Below, in pieces: positions 32,239-43,394 of a stretch of 64,000 nt of DNA. The notes under the pieces were generated by a model. The model was not told the DNA's origin and ran no database searches. It saw only the letters and a list, made by a program, of their open reading frames with translations. Position 1 is the first letter of the stretch. Each line of letters begins with the position of its first letter. The DNA comes from Guillardia theta CCMP2712 (Eukaryota > Protista > Cryptophyta), in assembly GCF_000315625.1 (NCBI RefSeq), contig NW_005434601.1, positions 265,833-329,832 of the forward strand. Direction: 5' to 3'. The position numbers were made by a program, and so were the translations under genes.

Positions 32239-33084
32239 CTAGTCCCTCAGACACTCCTCCCACTTGCCCTGACCCTCCCTCGACTGCCCGCCCTCCTCCT
32301 CCCATGCAAACCAAGGCTCGCCCTGCGCCGGCCTCTCCCAGGCCTCCTCCGCCGTGCTCGGGCCGTGGCCTAGGGGGACTACGGCTTGCGCTTCTTCCTC
32401 GCCCCAGGCGCCCTCCGTCAGGTACATCTCCCACGTGCTGTCTGGGCTGACGAGCTCGTCGCCCGACCCCAGGAAGCCCTCCGAGCCCTCCTCCCACCAG
32501 GTGCAGCAGCTCTGAGCCTCTGCTGCCTCCTCCTCCGTCCTCGCCCCGCTCTGCCGCCTCCGCCTCCATCCGTCCAGGCACGCCTGGCCTGACCTGACGC
32601 ATCGCCCGCAAGGCCTCTCGGGGTCGCACTTGAGCCGCGACCTCCTGCAGCGCTCGCACGCTTGGGTCACCTGCTCTCGCCTCCGCTGGTACCCCTGCAA
32701 GTCCACTCCCAGCGGAAGCCCCCCTTCCTCGTAGCACACGGACCCTGTCCGGAAGCAGCGCGCGCAGGGCCGCGCTTCCCCGCAGCGCACTTTCTTGAGC
32801 TGGCAGCTCAGGCAGGCCTTGCTCGACCTGCGGCGAAGCCCGCGCGTTACCGTGGGGGTCCCGAGCGCGGCATCACCAGCCTCTGGTCGAGAGCAGTCGT
32901 CCCCGCGTCCGGCCCGGAGGCAGCGGGAGCAAGGGAACTGCTCGTCACAGCGAGTCTTGCGGCGACGGCACTGGGCGCAAGCAGCGAAGGGGCGAGGAGG
33001 AACAGCAAGCGGCATCATGGAGGGGCGAGGAGGAACAGCAAGCGGCATCATGGAGGGGCGAGGAGGAACAGCAAGCGGCATCAT
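32239..33084 (-). CDS. Triple Zn(II)2Cys6 transcription factor, copy 6 (281 aa)
   Basis: As copy 1, with three N-terminal repeats. Confidence 0.9.
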   Translation of the reverse strand: MMPLAVPPRPSMMPLAVPPRPSMMPLAVPPRPFAACAQCRRRKTRCDEQFPCSRCLRAGRGDDCSRPEAGDAALGTPTVTRGLRRRSSKACLSCQLKKVRCGEARPCARCFRTGSVCYEEGGLPLGVDLQGYQRRREQVTQACERCRRSRLKCDPERPCGRCVRSGQACLDGWRRRRQSGARTEEEAAEAQSCCTWWEEGSEGFLGSGDELVSPDSTWEMYLTEGAWGEEEAQAVVPLGHGPSTAEEAWERPAQGEPWFAWEEEGGQSREGQGKWEECLRD

Positions 33085-34663
33085 GTTGGCTGGAGGGGAA
33101 GGAGAGCCCCCAAGAGAGATGATTTCGCATCTCACGGAAACTGAAGATCTCCGTGTAGTAAAATACTTCTTTCTTTTTATGGCACGGTCCTCTCGTCTGC
33201 CTGTCAATTCGTCTTACGCTTTGAGAGGTGCTCTGCATGCTCCTTCGCCAGCGTATCGCTCTGTAGACGGTCTTCATACAAGGATAGTCTATCGGCCTAG
33301 CTGCTCTCCTATGATACATCTCTCTATGAAGATCAAGCCAAAGTCAGTGAGCTTTGGAGATCCTGATGGTAAGGAACCCACGGGAGTCTGCTTGTACTAC
33401 AGTTACTACCCGGATGCGCCGCGGCTACTATCATTGACTTGAGCTGCAGTTTGCCTCCTTGGGCCTTCTCTTGCTCGCTCTTCTTGCTCTTTATCTCTCT
33501 TGATGACGGCGATCAGGTTGCAATGTCCTTGTACAGGTTAGGGCCTTCGCGTGGAAGGACGAGGATGAGGACTTCGCCGTTTGCTTAGAAGCATGAGTGT
33601 AGGTATCGGACTCGCACACATACAGCTGTCTTTACCTGCAACGCTCTTCCTGCTCCCTGTGCATCATACAGCAGGGATCTGTTGCACGAGTACGCTGCTT
33701 CGCTATGCTATGTCAGGCTGCTCGCAAGTCGCTGTGGAGTGACCTGCAATCACAATCTGTATAGTGCTAGGAACAACTGCTCAGGTGGTCTGTCCTTTCC
33801 CTTGCTGTATGTGCCACGAACCGATAGTGCGTTTATGTTATCTAATAAACTTCATGTCTCTACTCATCAGCTTTTTGTGATCCAGCGGAGGTGCTTTGAG
33901 AATTCGCTGTAGACGTCTGCAACCCATAAAGCTTCACAGGGGTGTGACACGATTTGGTAGCTTTAAGTGTTGGTGTCGTGAGTTGTAAAGTCTTTTGTTT
34001 CCCTCTCCTATCTTTTTGCTTTTTGCGTCTGGATTACTGTATGTCGTACAATACTCGACTGGCTTCTTGCTTCCAAGCAGATCTCTGAGCATCACCTTTC
34101 TGATAATGATTGGCAATCTGTGGGGGACGCTGATGATTTGGGACAAGACCGTGTCTTCACGAAGACGGTGGGGGTGCAATCAACAAGACCACGTCGTCAC
34201 AATCATTGGAAGACCTGGCTGAGCAGGTTGCGTCGCTCCAGGCGCAACTGCATGCAGCTCTACATATGCACCAGACCGTGGAGTCCAGACCGCCGACCGG
34301 GATGATGGCATGTCACATTCTCCAGGTACCGCGGTCACCATGGAAGGGGATGCGAGGAACCTCTTCACACGCTTACCGCTGATCGACGGCACGGCCGTCG
34401 GCATCGACGCCTCTCGCTGTCGATACTCGTGCCCAACACTCGGCAAAAATCAAGAGCTTGCCTAAGTTGGATACCGCTGGGCAGACCCTGAAGACGAATG
34501 TGTTGACGTAGGTCAGAGCAGAACGGTATGCTCTCAAATAAACTACATGTCTCTACACTGCACCTTCTTGTGATCTAGCGCACTCCTCGCCCACAACGAC
34601 GGTTGCCTGACAGGCCTCTTGCTGCCCATCTCCACGACAGGGCTGCTCAGCCTTGCTTTATTC

Positions 34664-35580
34664 CTAGTCCCTCAGACACTCCTCCCACTTGCCCTGACCC
34701 TCCCTCGACTGCCCGCCCTCCTCCTCCCATGCAAACCAAGGCTCGCCCTGCGCCGGCCTCTCCCAGGCCTCCTCCGCTGTGCTCGGGCCGTGGCCTAGGG
34801 GGACTGCGGCTTGCGCTTCTTCCTCGCCCCAGGCGCCCTCCGTCAGGTACATCTCCCACGTGCTGTCTGGGCTGACGAGCTCGTCGCCCGACCCCAGGAA
34901 GCCCTCCGAGCCCTCCTCCCACCAGGTGCAGCAGCTCTGAGCCTCTGCTGCCTCCTCCTCCGTCCTCGCCCCGCTCTGCCGCCTCCGCCTCCATCCGTCC
35001 AGGCACGCCTGGCCTGACCTGACGCATCGCCCGCAAGGCCTCTCGGGGTCGCACTTGAGCCGCGACCTCCTGCAGCGCTCGCACGCTTGGGTCACCTGCT
35101 CTCGCCTCCGCTGGTACCCCTGCAAGTCCACTCCCAGCGGAAGCCCCCCTTCCTCGTAGCACACGGACCCTGTCCGGAAGCAGCGCGCGCAGGGCCGCGC
35201 TTCCCCGCAGCGCGCTGGTACCCCTGCAAGTCCACTCCCAGCGGAAGCCCCCCTTCCTCGTAGCACACGGACCCTGTCCGGAAGCAGCGCGCGCAGGGCC
35301 GCGCTTCCCCGCAGCGCACTTTCTTGAGCTGGCAGCTCAGGCAGGCCTTGCTCGACCTGCGGCGAAGTCCGCGCGTTACCGTGGGGGTCCCGAGCGCGGC
35401 ATCACCAGCCTCTGGTCGAGAGCAGTCGTCCCCGCGTCCGGCCCGGAGGCAGCGGGAGCAAGGGAACTGCTCGTCACAGCGAGTCTTGCGGCGACGGCAC
35501 TGGGCGCAAGCAGCGAAGGGGCGAGGAGGAACAGCAAGCGGCATCATGGAGGGGCGAGGAGGAACAGCAAGCGGCATCAT
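34664..35580 (-). pseudogene. Zn(II)2Cys6 transcription factor copy 7, frameshifted by a 104-bp internal tandem duplication
   Basis: 35109-35212 is repeated from 35213. The frame shifts after the second cluster and stops at 35092. Confidence 0.88.
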
Positions 35581-37158
35581 GTTGGCTGGAGGGGAAGGAG
35601 AGCCCCCAAGAGAGATGATTTCGCATCTCACGGAAACTGAAGATCTCCGTGTAGTAAAATACTTCTTTCTTTTTATGGCACGGTCCTCTCGTCTGCCTGT
35701 CAATTCGTCTTACGCTTTGAGAGGTGCTCTGCATGCTCCTTCGCCAGCGTATCGCTCTGTAGACGGTCTTCATACAAGGATAGTCTATCGGCCTAGCTGC
35801 TCTCCTATGATACATCTCTCTATGAAGATCAAGCCAAAGTCAGTGAGCTTTGGAGATCCTGATGGTAAGGAACCCACGGGAGTCTGCTTGTACTACAGTT
35901 ACTACCCGGATGCGCCGCGGCTACTATCATTGACTTGAGCTGCAGTTTGCCTCCTTGGCCTTCTCTTGCTCGCTCTTCTTGCTCTTTATCTCTCTTGATG
36001 ACGGCGATCAGGTTGCAATGTCCTTGTACAGGTTAGGGCCTTCGCGTGGAAGGACGAGGATGAGGACTTCGCCGTTTGCTTAGAAGCATGAGTGTAGGTA
36101 TCGGACTCGCACACATACAGCTGTGTTTACCTGCAACGCTCTTCCTGCTCCCTGTGCATCATACAGCAGGGATCTGTTGCACGAGTACGCTGCTTCGCTA
36201 TGCTATGTCAGGCTGCTCGCAAGTCGCTGTGGAGTGACATGCAATCACAATCTGTATAGTGCTAGGAACAACTGCTCAGGTGGTCTGTCCTTTCCCTTGC
36301 TGTATGTGCCACGAACCGATAGTGCGTTTATGTTATCTAATAAACTTCATGTCTCTACTCATCAGCTTTTTGTGATCTAGCGGAGGTGCTTCGAGAGTTC
36401 GCTGTAGACGTCTGCAACCCATAAAGCTTCACAGGGGTGTGACACGATTTGGTAGCTTTAAGTGTTGGTGTCGTGAGTTGTAAAGTCTTTTGTTTCCCTC
36501 TCCTATCTTTTTGCTTTTTGCGTCTGGATTACTGTATGTCGTACAATACTCGACTGGCTTCTTGCTTCCAAGCAGATCTCTGAACATCACCTTTCTGATA
36601 ATGATTGGCAATCTGTGGGGGACGCTGATGATTTGGGACAAGACCGTGTCTTCACGAAGACGGTGGGGGTGCAATCAACAAGACCACGTCGTCACAATCA
36701 TTGGAAGACCTGGCTGAGCAGGTTGCGTCGCTCCAGGCGCAACTGCATGCAGCTCTACATATGAGCCAGACCGTGGAGTCCAGACCGCCGACCGGGATGA
36801 TGGCATGTCACATTCTCCAGGTACCGCGGTCACCATGGAAGGGGATGCGAGGAACCTCTTCACACGCTTACCGCTGATCGACGGCTCGGCCGTCGGCATC
36901 GACGCCTCTCGCTGTCGATACTCGTGCCCAACACTCGGCAAAAATCAAGAGCTTGCCTAAGTTGGATACCGCTGGGCAGACCCTGAAGACGAATGTGTTG
37001 ACGTAGGTCAGAGCAGAACGGTATGCTCTCAAATAAACTACATGTCTCTACACTGCACCTTCTTGTGATCTAGCGCACTCCTCGCCCACAACGACGGTTG
37101 CCTGACAGGCCTCTTGCTGCCCATCTCCACGACAGGGCTGCTCAGCCTTGCTTTATTC

Positions 37159-37971
37159 CTAGTCCCTCAGACACTCCTCCCACTTGCCCTGACCCTCCCT
37201 CGACTGCCCGCCCTCCTCCTCCCATGCAAACCAAGGCTCGCCCTGCGCCGGCCTCTCCCAGGCCTCCTCCGCCGTGCTCGGGCCGTGGCCTAGGGGGACT
37301 GCGGCTTGCGCTTCTTCCTCGCCCCAGGCGCCCTCCGTCAGGTACATCTCCCACGTGCTGTCTGGGCTGACGAGCTCGTCGCCCGACCCCAGGAAGCCCT
37401 CCGAGCCCTCCTCCCACCAGGTGCAGCAGCTCTGAGCCTCTGCTGCCTCCTCCTCCGTCCTCGCCCCGCTCTGCCGCCTCCGCCTCCATCCGTCCAGGCA
37501 CGCCTGGCCTGACCTGACGCATCGCCCGCAAGGCCTCTCGGGGTCGCACTTGAGCCGCGACCTCCTGCAGCGCTCGCACGCTTGGGTCACCTGCTCTCGC
37601 CTCCGCTGGTACCCCTGCAAGTCCACTCCCAGCGGAAGCCCCCCTTCCTCGTAGCACACGGACCCTGTCCGGAAGCAGCGCGCGCAGGGCCGCGCTTCCC
37701 CGCAGCGCACTTTCTTGAGCTGGCAGCTCAGGCAGGCCTTGCTCGACCTGCGGCGAAGCCCGCGCGTTGCCGTGGGGGTCCCAAGCGCGGCATCACCAGC
37801 CTCTGGTCGAGAGCAGTCGTCCCCGCGTCCGGCCCGGAGGCAGCGGGAGCAAGGGAACTGCTCGTCACAGCGAGTCTTGCGGCGACGGCACTGGGCGCAA
37901 GCAGCGAAGGGGCGAGGAGGAACAGCAAGCGGCATCATGGAGGGGCGAGGAGGAACAGCAAGCGGCATCAT
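37159..37971 (-). CDS. Triple Zn(II)2Cys6 transcription factor, copy 8 (270 aa), with a different upstream region
   Basis: Coding sequence intact; sequence beyond about 38013 departs from the array unit. Confidence 0.88.
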   Translation of the reverse strand: MMPLAVPPRPSMMPLAVPPRPFAACAQCRRRKTRCDEQFPCSRCLRAGRGDDCSRPEAGDAALGTPTATRGLRRRSSKACLSCQLKKVRCGEARPCARCFRTGSVCYEEGGLPLGVDLQGYQRRREQVTQACERCRRSRLKCDPERPCGRCVRSGQACLDGWRRRRQSGARTEEEAAEAQSCCTWWEEGSEGFLGSGDELVSPDSTWEMYLTEGAWGEEEAQAAVPLGHGPSTAEEAWERPAQGEPWFAWEEEGGQSREGQGKWEECLRD

Positions 37972-38434
37972 GGAGGGGCGAGGAGGAACAGCAAGCAGGA
38001 GGAACAGCAAGCGGAGTCTCGGGGTTGCCGTGTGGTAAATTTGTGTTCCTTTCTGCCTGTCAACTCAACACGAGCGTCTACTCGTGTAGTCCAATCATTC
38101 GTAATGAGCCTCCCCGGGCCCCCTCCTCCCCCTACGCTTGTTTTCCTGTGGTCGCGATCTAGGGCATGAGCCCTCCTCCTCTCAGAGTCTGCTGGGCCCG
38201 GGGAGCATGAAAGGGTCAACCGTGAACGGGGGAGTAGTCTCTGTTCTGCCTTTAAGCGTTTCAATAAACTTGGGCCTCTCTATCTCTGGGCTCGGTAGCA
38301 GGCCGTCACCTCAGACTGTCGTGTACCGTAGTACGGTATCCGATGATAGTATGGCCCGGCTCTGCATGCCGATGATCATCGGTTGCTCCTTCGCTACTTC
38401 AGTACAGTGGCAACCTGGATGCACGGCTTTCAAG

Positions 38435-38712
38435 TTTCTAGCACACTGGCCATCTAGGACAATTCTAGCACACATCTAGGATAGTAGGACATTTCTAGCA
38501 CACATCTAGGACATGTCTAGCACACATCTAGGACATTTCCAGCGCACATCTAGGCTAGTAGGACATTTCTAGCACACATCTAGGACATTTCTAGCACACA
38601 TCTAGCATAGGACATTTCTAGCGCATATCTAGGACATTTCTAGCACACATCTAGGACATTTCTAGCACACATCTAGGACAAGTTTCGGAAGTTCTAGCAC
38701 ACATCTAGGACA
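38435..38712. repeat. 22-bp tandem repeat (about 11 copies) made of two 11-bp TCTAG-containing halves
   Basis: Consensus ATTTCTAGCAC-ACATCTAGGAC with occasional short inserts. Confidence 0.95.
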
Positions 38713-38946
38713 GACATTACGATACGGGTGCGCCTCAGGGTTCATTCATTCTGATCCGGAAGGGTCAGGGCATCCCTGTGGGTAGGGGTAGTCATGTGTG
38801 TGGACAATGGTAGGGTACTTTTCGTTTCAATTGAAGGTAGGGGTACATTGGGGGTGGGGTTGTACGCCGTTGGGTCGAGGGGTCGCCATGTCGATGGAGG
38901 GGATCAATGCTGTGATGAGGAAGGCTACTATGGCGACGGCGACGGC

Positions 38947-38997
<51 letters not shown>
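38947..38997. repeat. (GAT)n microsatellite
   Basis: Directly visible. Confidence 0.95.
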
Positions 38998-38999
<2 letters not shown>

Positions 39000-39010
39000 G
39001 GAAGTCAGAC

Positions 39011-40435
39011 ATGCCTTCACTGACTTCACTGCTCTCTCGAAACTCTGCCTCCTCGTCCTACATGTCATTCTCAACCTCGTCACCGTCCTTTGTGTCTCGT
39101 CGGTTAAACAACAGACGACTTCGGCTTCCATCTCTTCAGGAGAGCTCCTCCTCCTCCATCGATGCAGACACTGCACCTCATCGCCAGGATCATGCAGGAG
39201 TGAGTGCTGCGGCTGTTCAACTCCGGGCATGCGTGTCTGAAGGTATACTTTCGGCGTGATGGCGAACTATCGCTGACATTGCCTGTAGCACGGGATGTCA
39301 AGGATGGGATCTGGTGCCTCTCTCGCCTCCTCTCTCGCCTGCCCCCCGCTCTCGAGCACAGAGCTCTTGCTGTAGCCCAGGAGGTTGCTCCGACGGTGGA
39401 CAAGAGGACGCCTCCGCAGGGCCTGACAATCAATCTTGAGACTTGCCTGGGACAAGCTCGTAGTCCTGATGCTCGCACTTTCTGTCTTGCTGATCTTCTC
39501 GCTCGCATCCCTCCCAAGGCTCTCGCGCTGGCTGCCCGTCAGGCTGAGGAGACTCCCGTCGTCGACTGGAACGGAACTAGCGCCGATGCCACACAGGACG
39601 CCGAGAGCTTCCTGTCCTGCGTGCAGAGCTCGGAGGTTGCCACAGTCTTCCCGGCCCTTATCCTCTTCCCTTCTTGTTCCTTCTCTTTGCTTCCCTCCCA
39701 CCTCTTCCCTTCTTGGTCCTTCTCTTTGCTTCCCTCCCACCTCCTCCCTTCTTGTTTCTCCCTCCTTCTCTTCCTTGCCCTTCTCCAGCCTCCCTGCTGA
39801 CTGGGAGCCTGCAGACTGTGGACGAAGGGATCGTGTGTCTGGGTACCCTCCTCTCCGACCTCCCGCAGGCGCTTGTAGAACGCAGCACGCGTCTCCTTAC
39901 CTCTCTGCCTCCTCGCACCGTCAACACGGACCCTTCCGAGATGCAGACCCCAAACTTCGTCAAGTGCCTGAAGCTTGCGAGCAGCGGCGACTCCGCCATC
40001 TACTGCCTATCAAACTACCTTATCCACCTCCCTCAGGACCAGGTGCTCCCCTCCTCCCCTCTGGCTCGTAATGGCTGAGCCGAGCTGCAGGTCGAACGGG
40101 CGTACATCTTCTACAAGACCCAGCGGCTTCATCCCACGCTCGAGGACGTTGACCGGGTGAGGGAGGGAGGACGAGAAGGAGAGGAGAGAGGGAGTGACAG
40201 GGGAGCAGGAGGGCGTGTTCAAGAGCACCGCCAAGACGGCACTTAACGACGTTGGCCTCGGCTAGAGCCTCGGGGGAGCGTCAAGTAGATTTACATCATG
40301 GAAACTAGAAGGACAGCAAACGACTACCATCATGTTGACAGGCTGCTGTCCTCGCTCGCCGTCGCCAGGGGCTACAAGAGCCCTCGGGCTTGCAAGTCCT
40401 CCTTGCACCTCGGCGACTCCACGTACCTGAAGTGA
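39011..40435 (+). CDS. Hypothetical multi-exon protein; 5' end uncertain
   Basis: Splice-compatible exons RDVKDGIWCLSRLLSRLPP...VQSSE / TVDEGIVCLGTLLSDLP...LIHLPQDQ / VERAYIFYKTQRLHPTLEDVDR / ...LLSSLAVARGYKSPRACKSSLHLGDSTYLK*. No recognised domain. Confidence 0.55.
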
Positions 40436-40451
40436 AGTGAGTGGGACAATC

Positions 40452-42631
40452 CTACATGTCAAGCAGCAGCAGATACTTCCTCAGCTCCCCCAGTGCGATC
40501 GCGATGATCAGGTTGGCGATGGCAGTCTGCCAATGCTGGTCAACCCATCGATTGCCACATGCCTCCCCGGCCTTCCCCCCTGTCCCCTCCTCCTTCCCAC
40601 TCCATCTCTCTTCCTATTCTTCCTGGTCCACTTCTCACCTGTATGAACTTGGGGACAAACGATCCAAGTTCGGCAACGAGCTCGAAGCTAACCTTAGACC
40701 TGTCTCGCTCTGTGAGCTCCTCCTCCTCCTCCTCCAGCTCCCGCCCACTTGAAGTTGTCCAAAGGTTCGAACACGTAGGCACCTTCGAGCCGCTTGATCA
40801 TGCTCGACTCAACCATCTGCTCGCATCTCAACCATCGCACAAAGATCGCACGGCAACCAACATGGAAGGTAATCCTCTTGCATTCTTCTAACGTGAACCC
40901 CATGACAAAGTCGAAGATGTAGCCGAAAGCTCCTGCAGCAGCTGTCAACCTATCCAGCCTCTGACTCCTCGGTCTTCATCCCCCTCATCATCGCCCCCGC
41001 CCTTCTCCCACATCCACCCCTTCCCTCGCTGCCTCTGCTCTTCCTCGTGCTGTTCCTCGTCCTCGAGTCTAGACTCACCAGCTTTGTAAACGGCCTCGAT
41101 GTAGTCAGAGTCCTTAAGGCGGATGTTGACGCTCTTGATCCCATCTCCTGCCCAGTCTTTGTAGTGCTCCAGCTCGCTCGCCACCAAATAGATCTGCTGC
41201 GAATCTGCCGACTCGTCAGGACGCGGCTGGTGCGGGGGAAGCAGCAGCATCACCTGCCGCCATCTCCATCTCCTGGCAAAGGACGTTTTTGTCCCTTTTT
41301 GCCTCCACCTTCAGCGAGTGGGCGGCCGCCTGCCGTTGCGCCTCCTCAGCTGCCCACTGGTCAGTCACACCCTACAGTGATCAGCAGCAAGTCCACCTGC
41401 CCCTACAGCTGCCGCTGGCTCAACAGCTGAGGCCGCAGACACCTCTGGGACTACCAGACCATGAGGAACGAGAGGAGCATGGGTGTCAGCTTCACCAGAC
41501 TTCTTGTCGTCCAGCCCTGCAAACCCTCGTCAGCTTCCCAGCAACGCTGACCCTCCTCCTCACCTGAGGAGACGAAGTTCATCGCTCCCTCGATCCCGTC
41601 TGACACTCCCTGCGATGCACGCTCAGAATCCAGCACAAGCGGGCGGAGGGAACCTTCTTCGCCCCCTCGAACCCCTCGGCCATGCCCTTGGCTGCCCCTT
41701 CGATGCTGTTGGAGACTTCCTGCACTCCCTCGGAGAGAACCTGGATGGGGAAATCAGGAGGAAACTAGGAGGAAGGGGCCATTCCGAGCATGAGCGATGA
41801 AAGGGAAAAGATGAAGATTAGGAAGAAAGTGAAGGAAGGAGGGAAGCGGAAGGAAGCAGAGGATGATGATGCTGAGGAGCAGGAGCAGGAGCAGGAGGTA
41901 AACAGGGACTGCGCTACCTGATAGATCGCTCCAAGTCGTCGTGATCCAAGAATCTTCAAGTGCTGCTGCGATTCCTCAGCATTGAAATCCTTGAGGATGT
42001 CAGCCGTCGCCTTCAACCGCCTGCTTCCCAGCAGGGTCTCCTTGTTCTCTCCGTTCCAGATGCTTCCATGAAGGGCACTCAGTTGCTGGAAGTCAATGAT
42101 GGTGTCTTCATCCCGGTCAAACTCCAGCAGGTGTACCATCCCCTCGGACACCTCGTCCTCTGAGTACAGCAGCACGTCCTCTGCCGCCTGACGCTCCTCG
42201 TTGTTCGGGATCGGCTGCAAGCCAGCAAGCTGTATCGACCCGATCCTCCCCCCCACCTTGTGCATGACTTTGTGCTGCTCCCCCAGCTCCCCCACCTCCA
42301 CCACCTCCACCTGATGCTCCTCGTGACGCACGACAGCCGACGTCTCCCTGTGCGACAGCTCCAGATGGTGGTTGGCCTGCTCGCCCCGGCTGAGCCGTCT
42401 GGACCTCAGACTCTGAATGTACTGATGTGACCCCACACGGGGCTGCCCGTGCCGGACGCCATGAGAGCACATGGTCACTGTTGAGTGACCTGCTGCGCTC
42501 GACCGAACATGCTTGCCGCGCAAAAGAATATTCACATCACTTCGACCGGGGTGGGAGAGAGGGTTCTGAACGAGGAAGCCAGTGGCGGCTGATACAAAGC
42601 ATGAAAGAATAACGGAGAGATGAAGTTGCAT
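40452..42631 (-). CDS. SRPBCC / polyketide-cyclase (COQ10-like) domain protein with a probable bipartite plastid-targeting presequence
   Basis: N-terminus MQLHLSVILSCFVSAATG-FLVQ (signal peptide followed by Phe). Spliced C-terminus QQIYLVASELEHYKDW..IKSVNI..AGAFGYIFDF..ITFH..MIKRLEGAYVFEPL..SKVSFELVAEL..VPKFIQTAIANLIIAIALGELRKYL matches the START/SRPBCC pattern. Confidence 0.78.
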
Positions 42632-43394
42632 GGAGATTTGAGATGAAGGTTCGCTAGGAGCGGGAGATCTCCTCCACTTCGAGTACAGCTCAGCTGCTTC
42701 CTGTCTGCTACGATAATTCCAGATTCTCGTTACAGCCAGCCAGACTCCAGGCCTAACAAGGCAACCACATCAGAATCTGGCGTCAGATCTATCAATTGTA
42801 GCATACAAGTCGACATAACCCGTGTTTCTCAAGGAACAAACAACCCTTCCCCCCTGATTTTGCCCAGTCTGCCCTAGTCCTTAATCGAAGCTGCTCGTGA
42901 TGGGATCTAATCTTGTCACCTCCTCTCGCTTCCCTGCTTTTTTCGTCGTTATACTTCCTATCTGGATTTTGGCCATTGCTTTTTTTATTGCTGTGTTCCG
43001 TTTTTCGCATCTCCTCGTGCCACCTCCGATCTCTCTCAATGTCTCTCATCCCCTCTCTTGACTTTTCCTCCACGCTCCTCTTCCCCTTCCCTTAGCCCCC
43101 ACCCTCTTCTTTCACTGCCCTCCCTCCCCCTTTCAGCTATTTCTGCTTCCTTATCTTCACATTTGCCTCTACTCGCTCGCTTGCTCTGCCTGCGCTTCAC
43201 TATTCCTTCCTCTCCTCTCCTCTCCTCTCCTCCGGCCCTCGCAACTCTTCTCCTTTCTTCCCATCTGCACTCAGCTCATCTTCTCACCCCCTCTCTATCT
43301 TCTCCTGAACATCCTTCCCCTCTCTTGATTTCTTCTCTTCGCCCTCCTTCCCTGTCGGGCTTCATCTACCATCGTCTAAACTGTAATGAAAATC

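Larger units (their letters stand above)
20100..38013. repeat. Macrosatellite of 7 complete and 1 partial head-to-tail ~2.4-kb units
   Basis: Units start at 20100, 22491, 24915, 27372, 29763, 32154, 34579 and 37074. Lengths are 2391, 2424, 2457, 2391, 2391, 2425, 2495 and partial. Junction is ...GTGATCTAG|CGCACTCCTCG; units are near-identical. Confidence 0.98.

Noticed and set aside
20100-37073. Array units as tandem Helitrons because they end in CTAG
   Set aside because: No GC-rich subterminal hairpin, internal units do not start with TC, no Rep/helicase, and the last unit lacks the CTAG end.
38435-38712. CRISPR array
   Set aside because: Repeats are contiguous without unique spacers; no cas genes; eukaryotic context.
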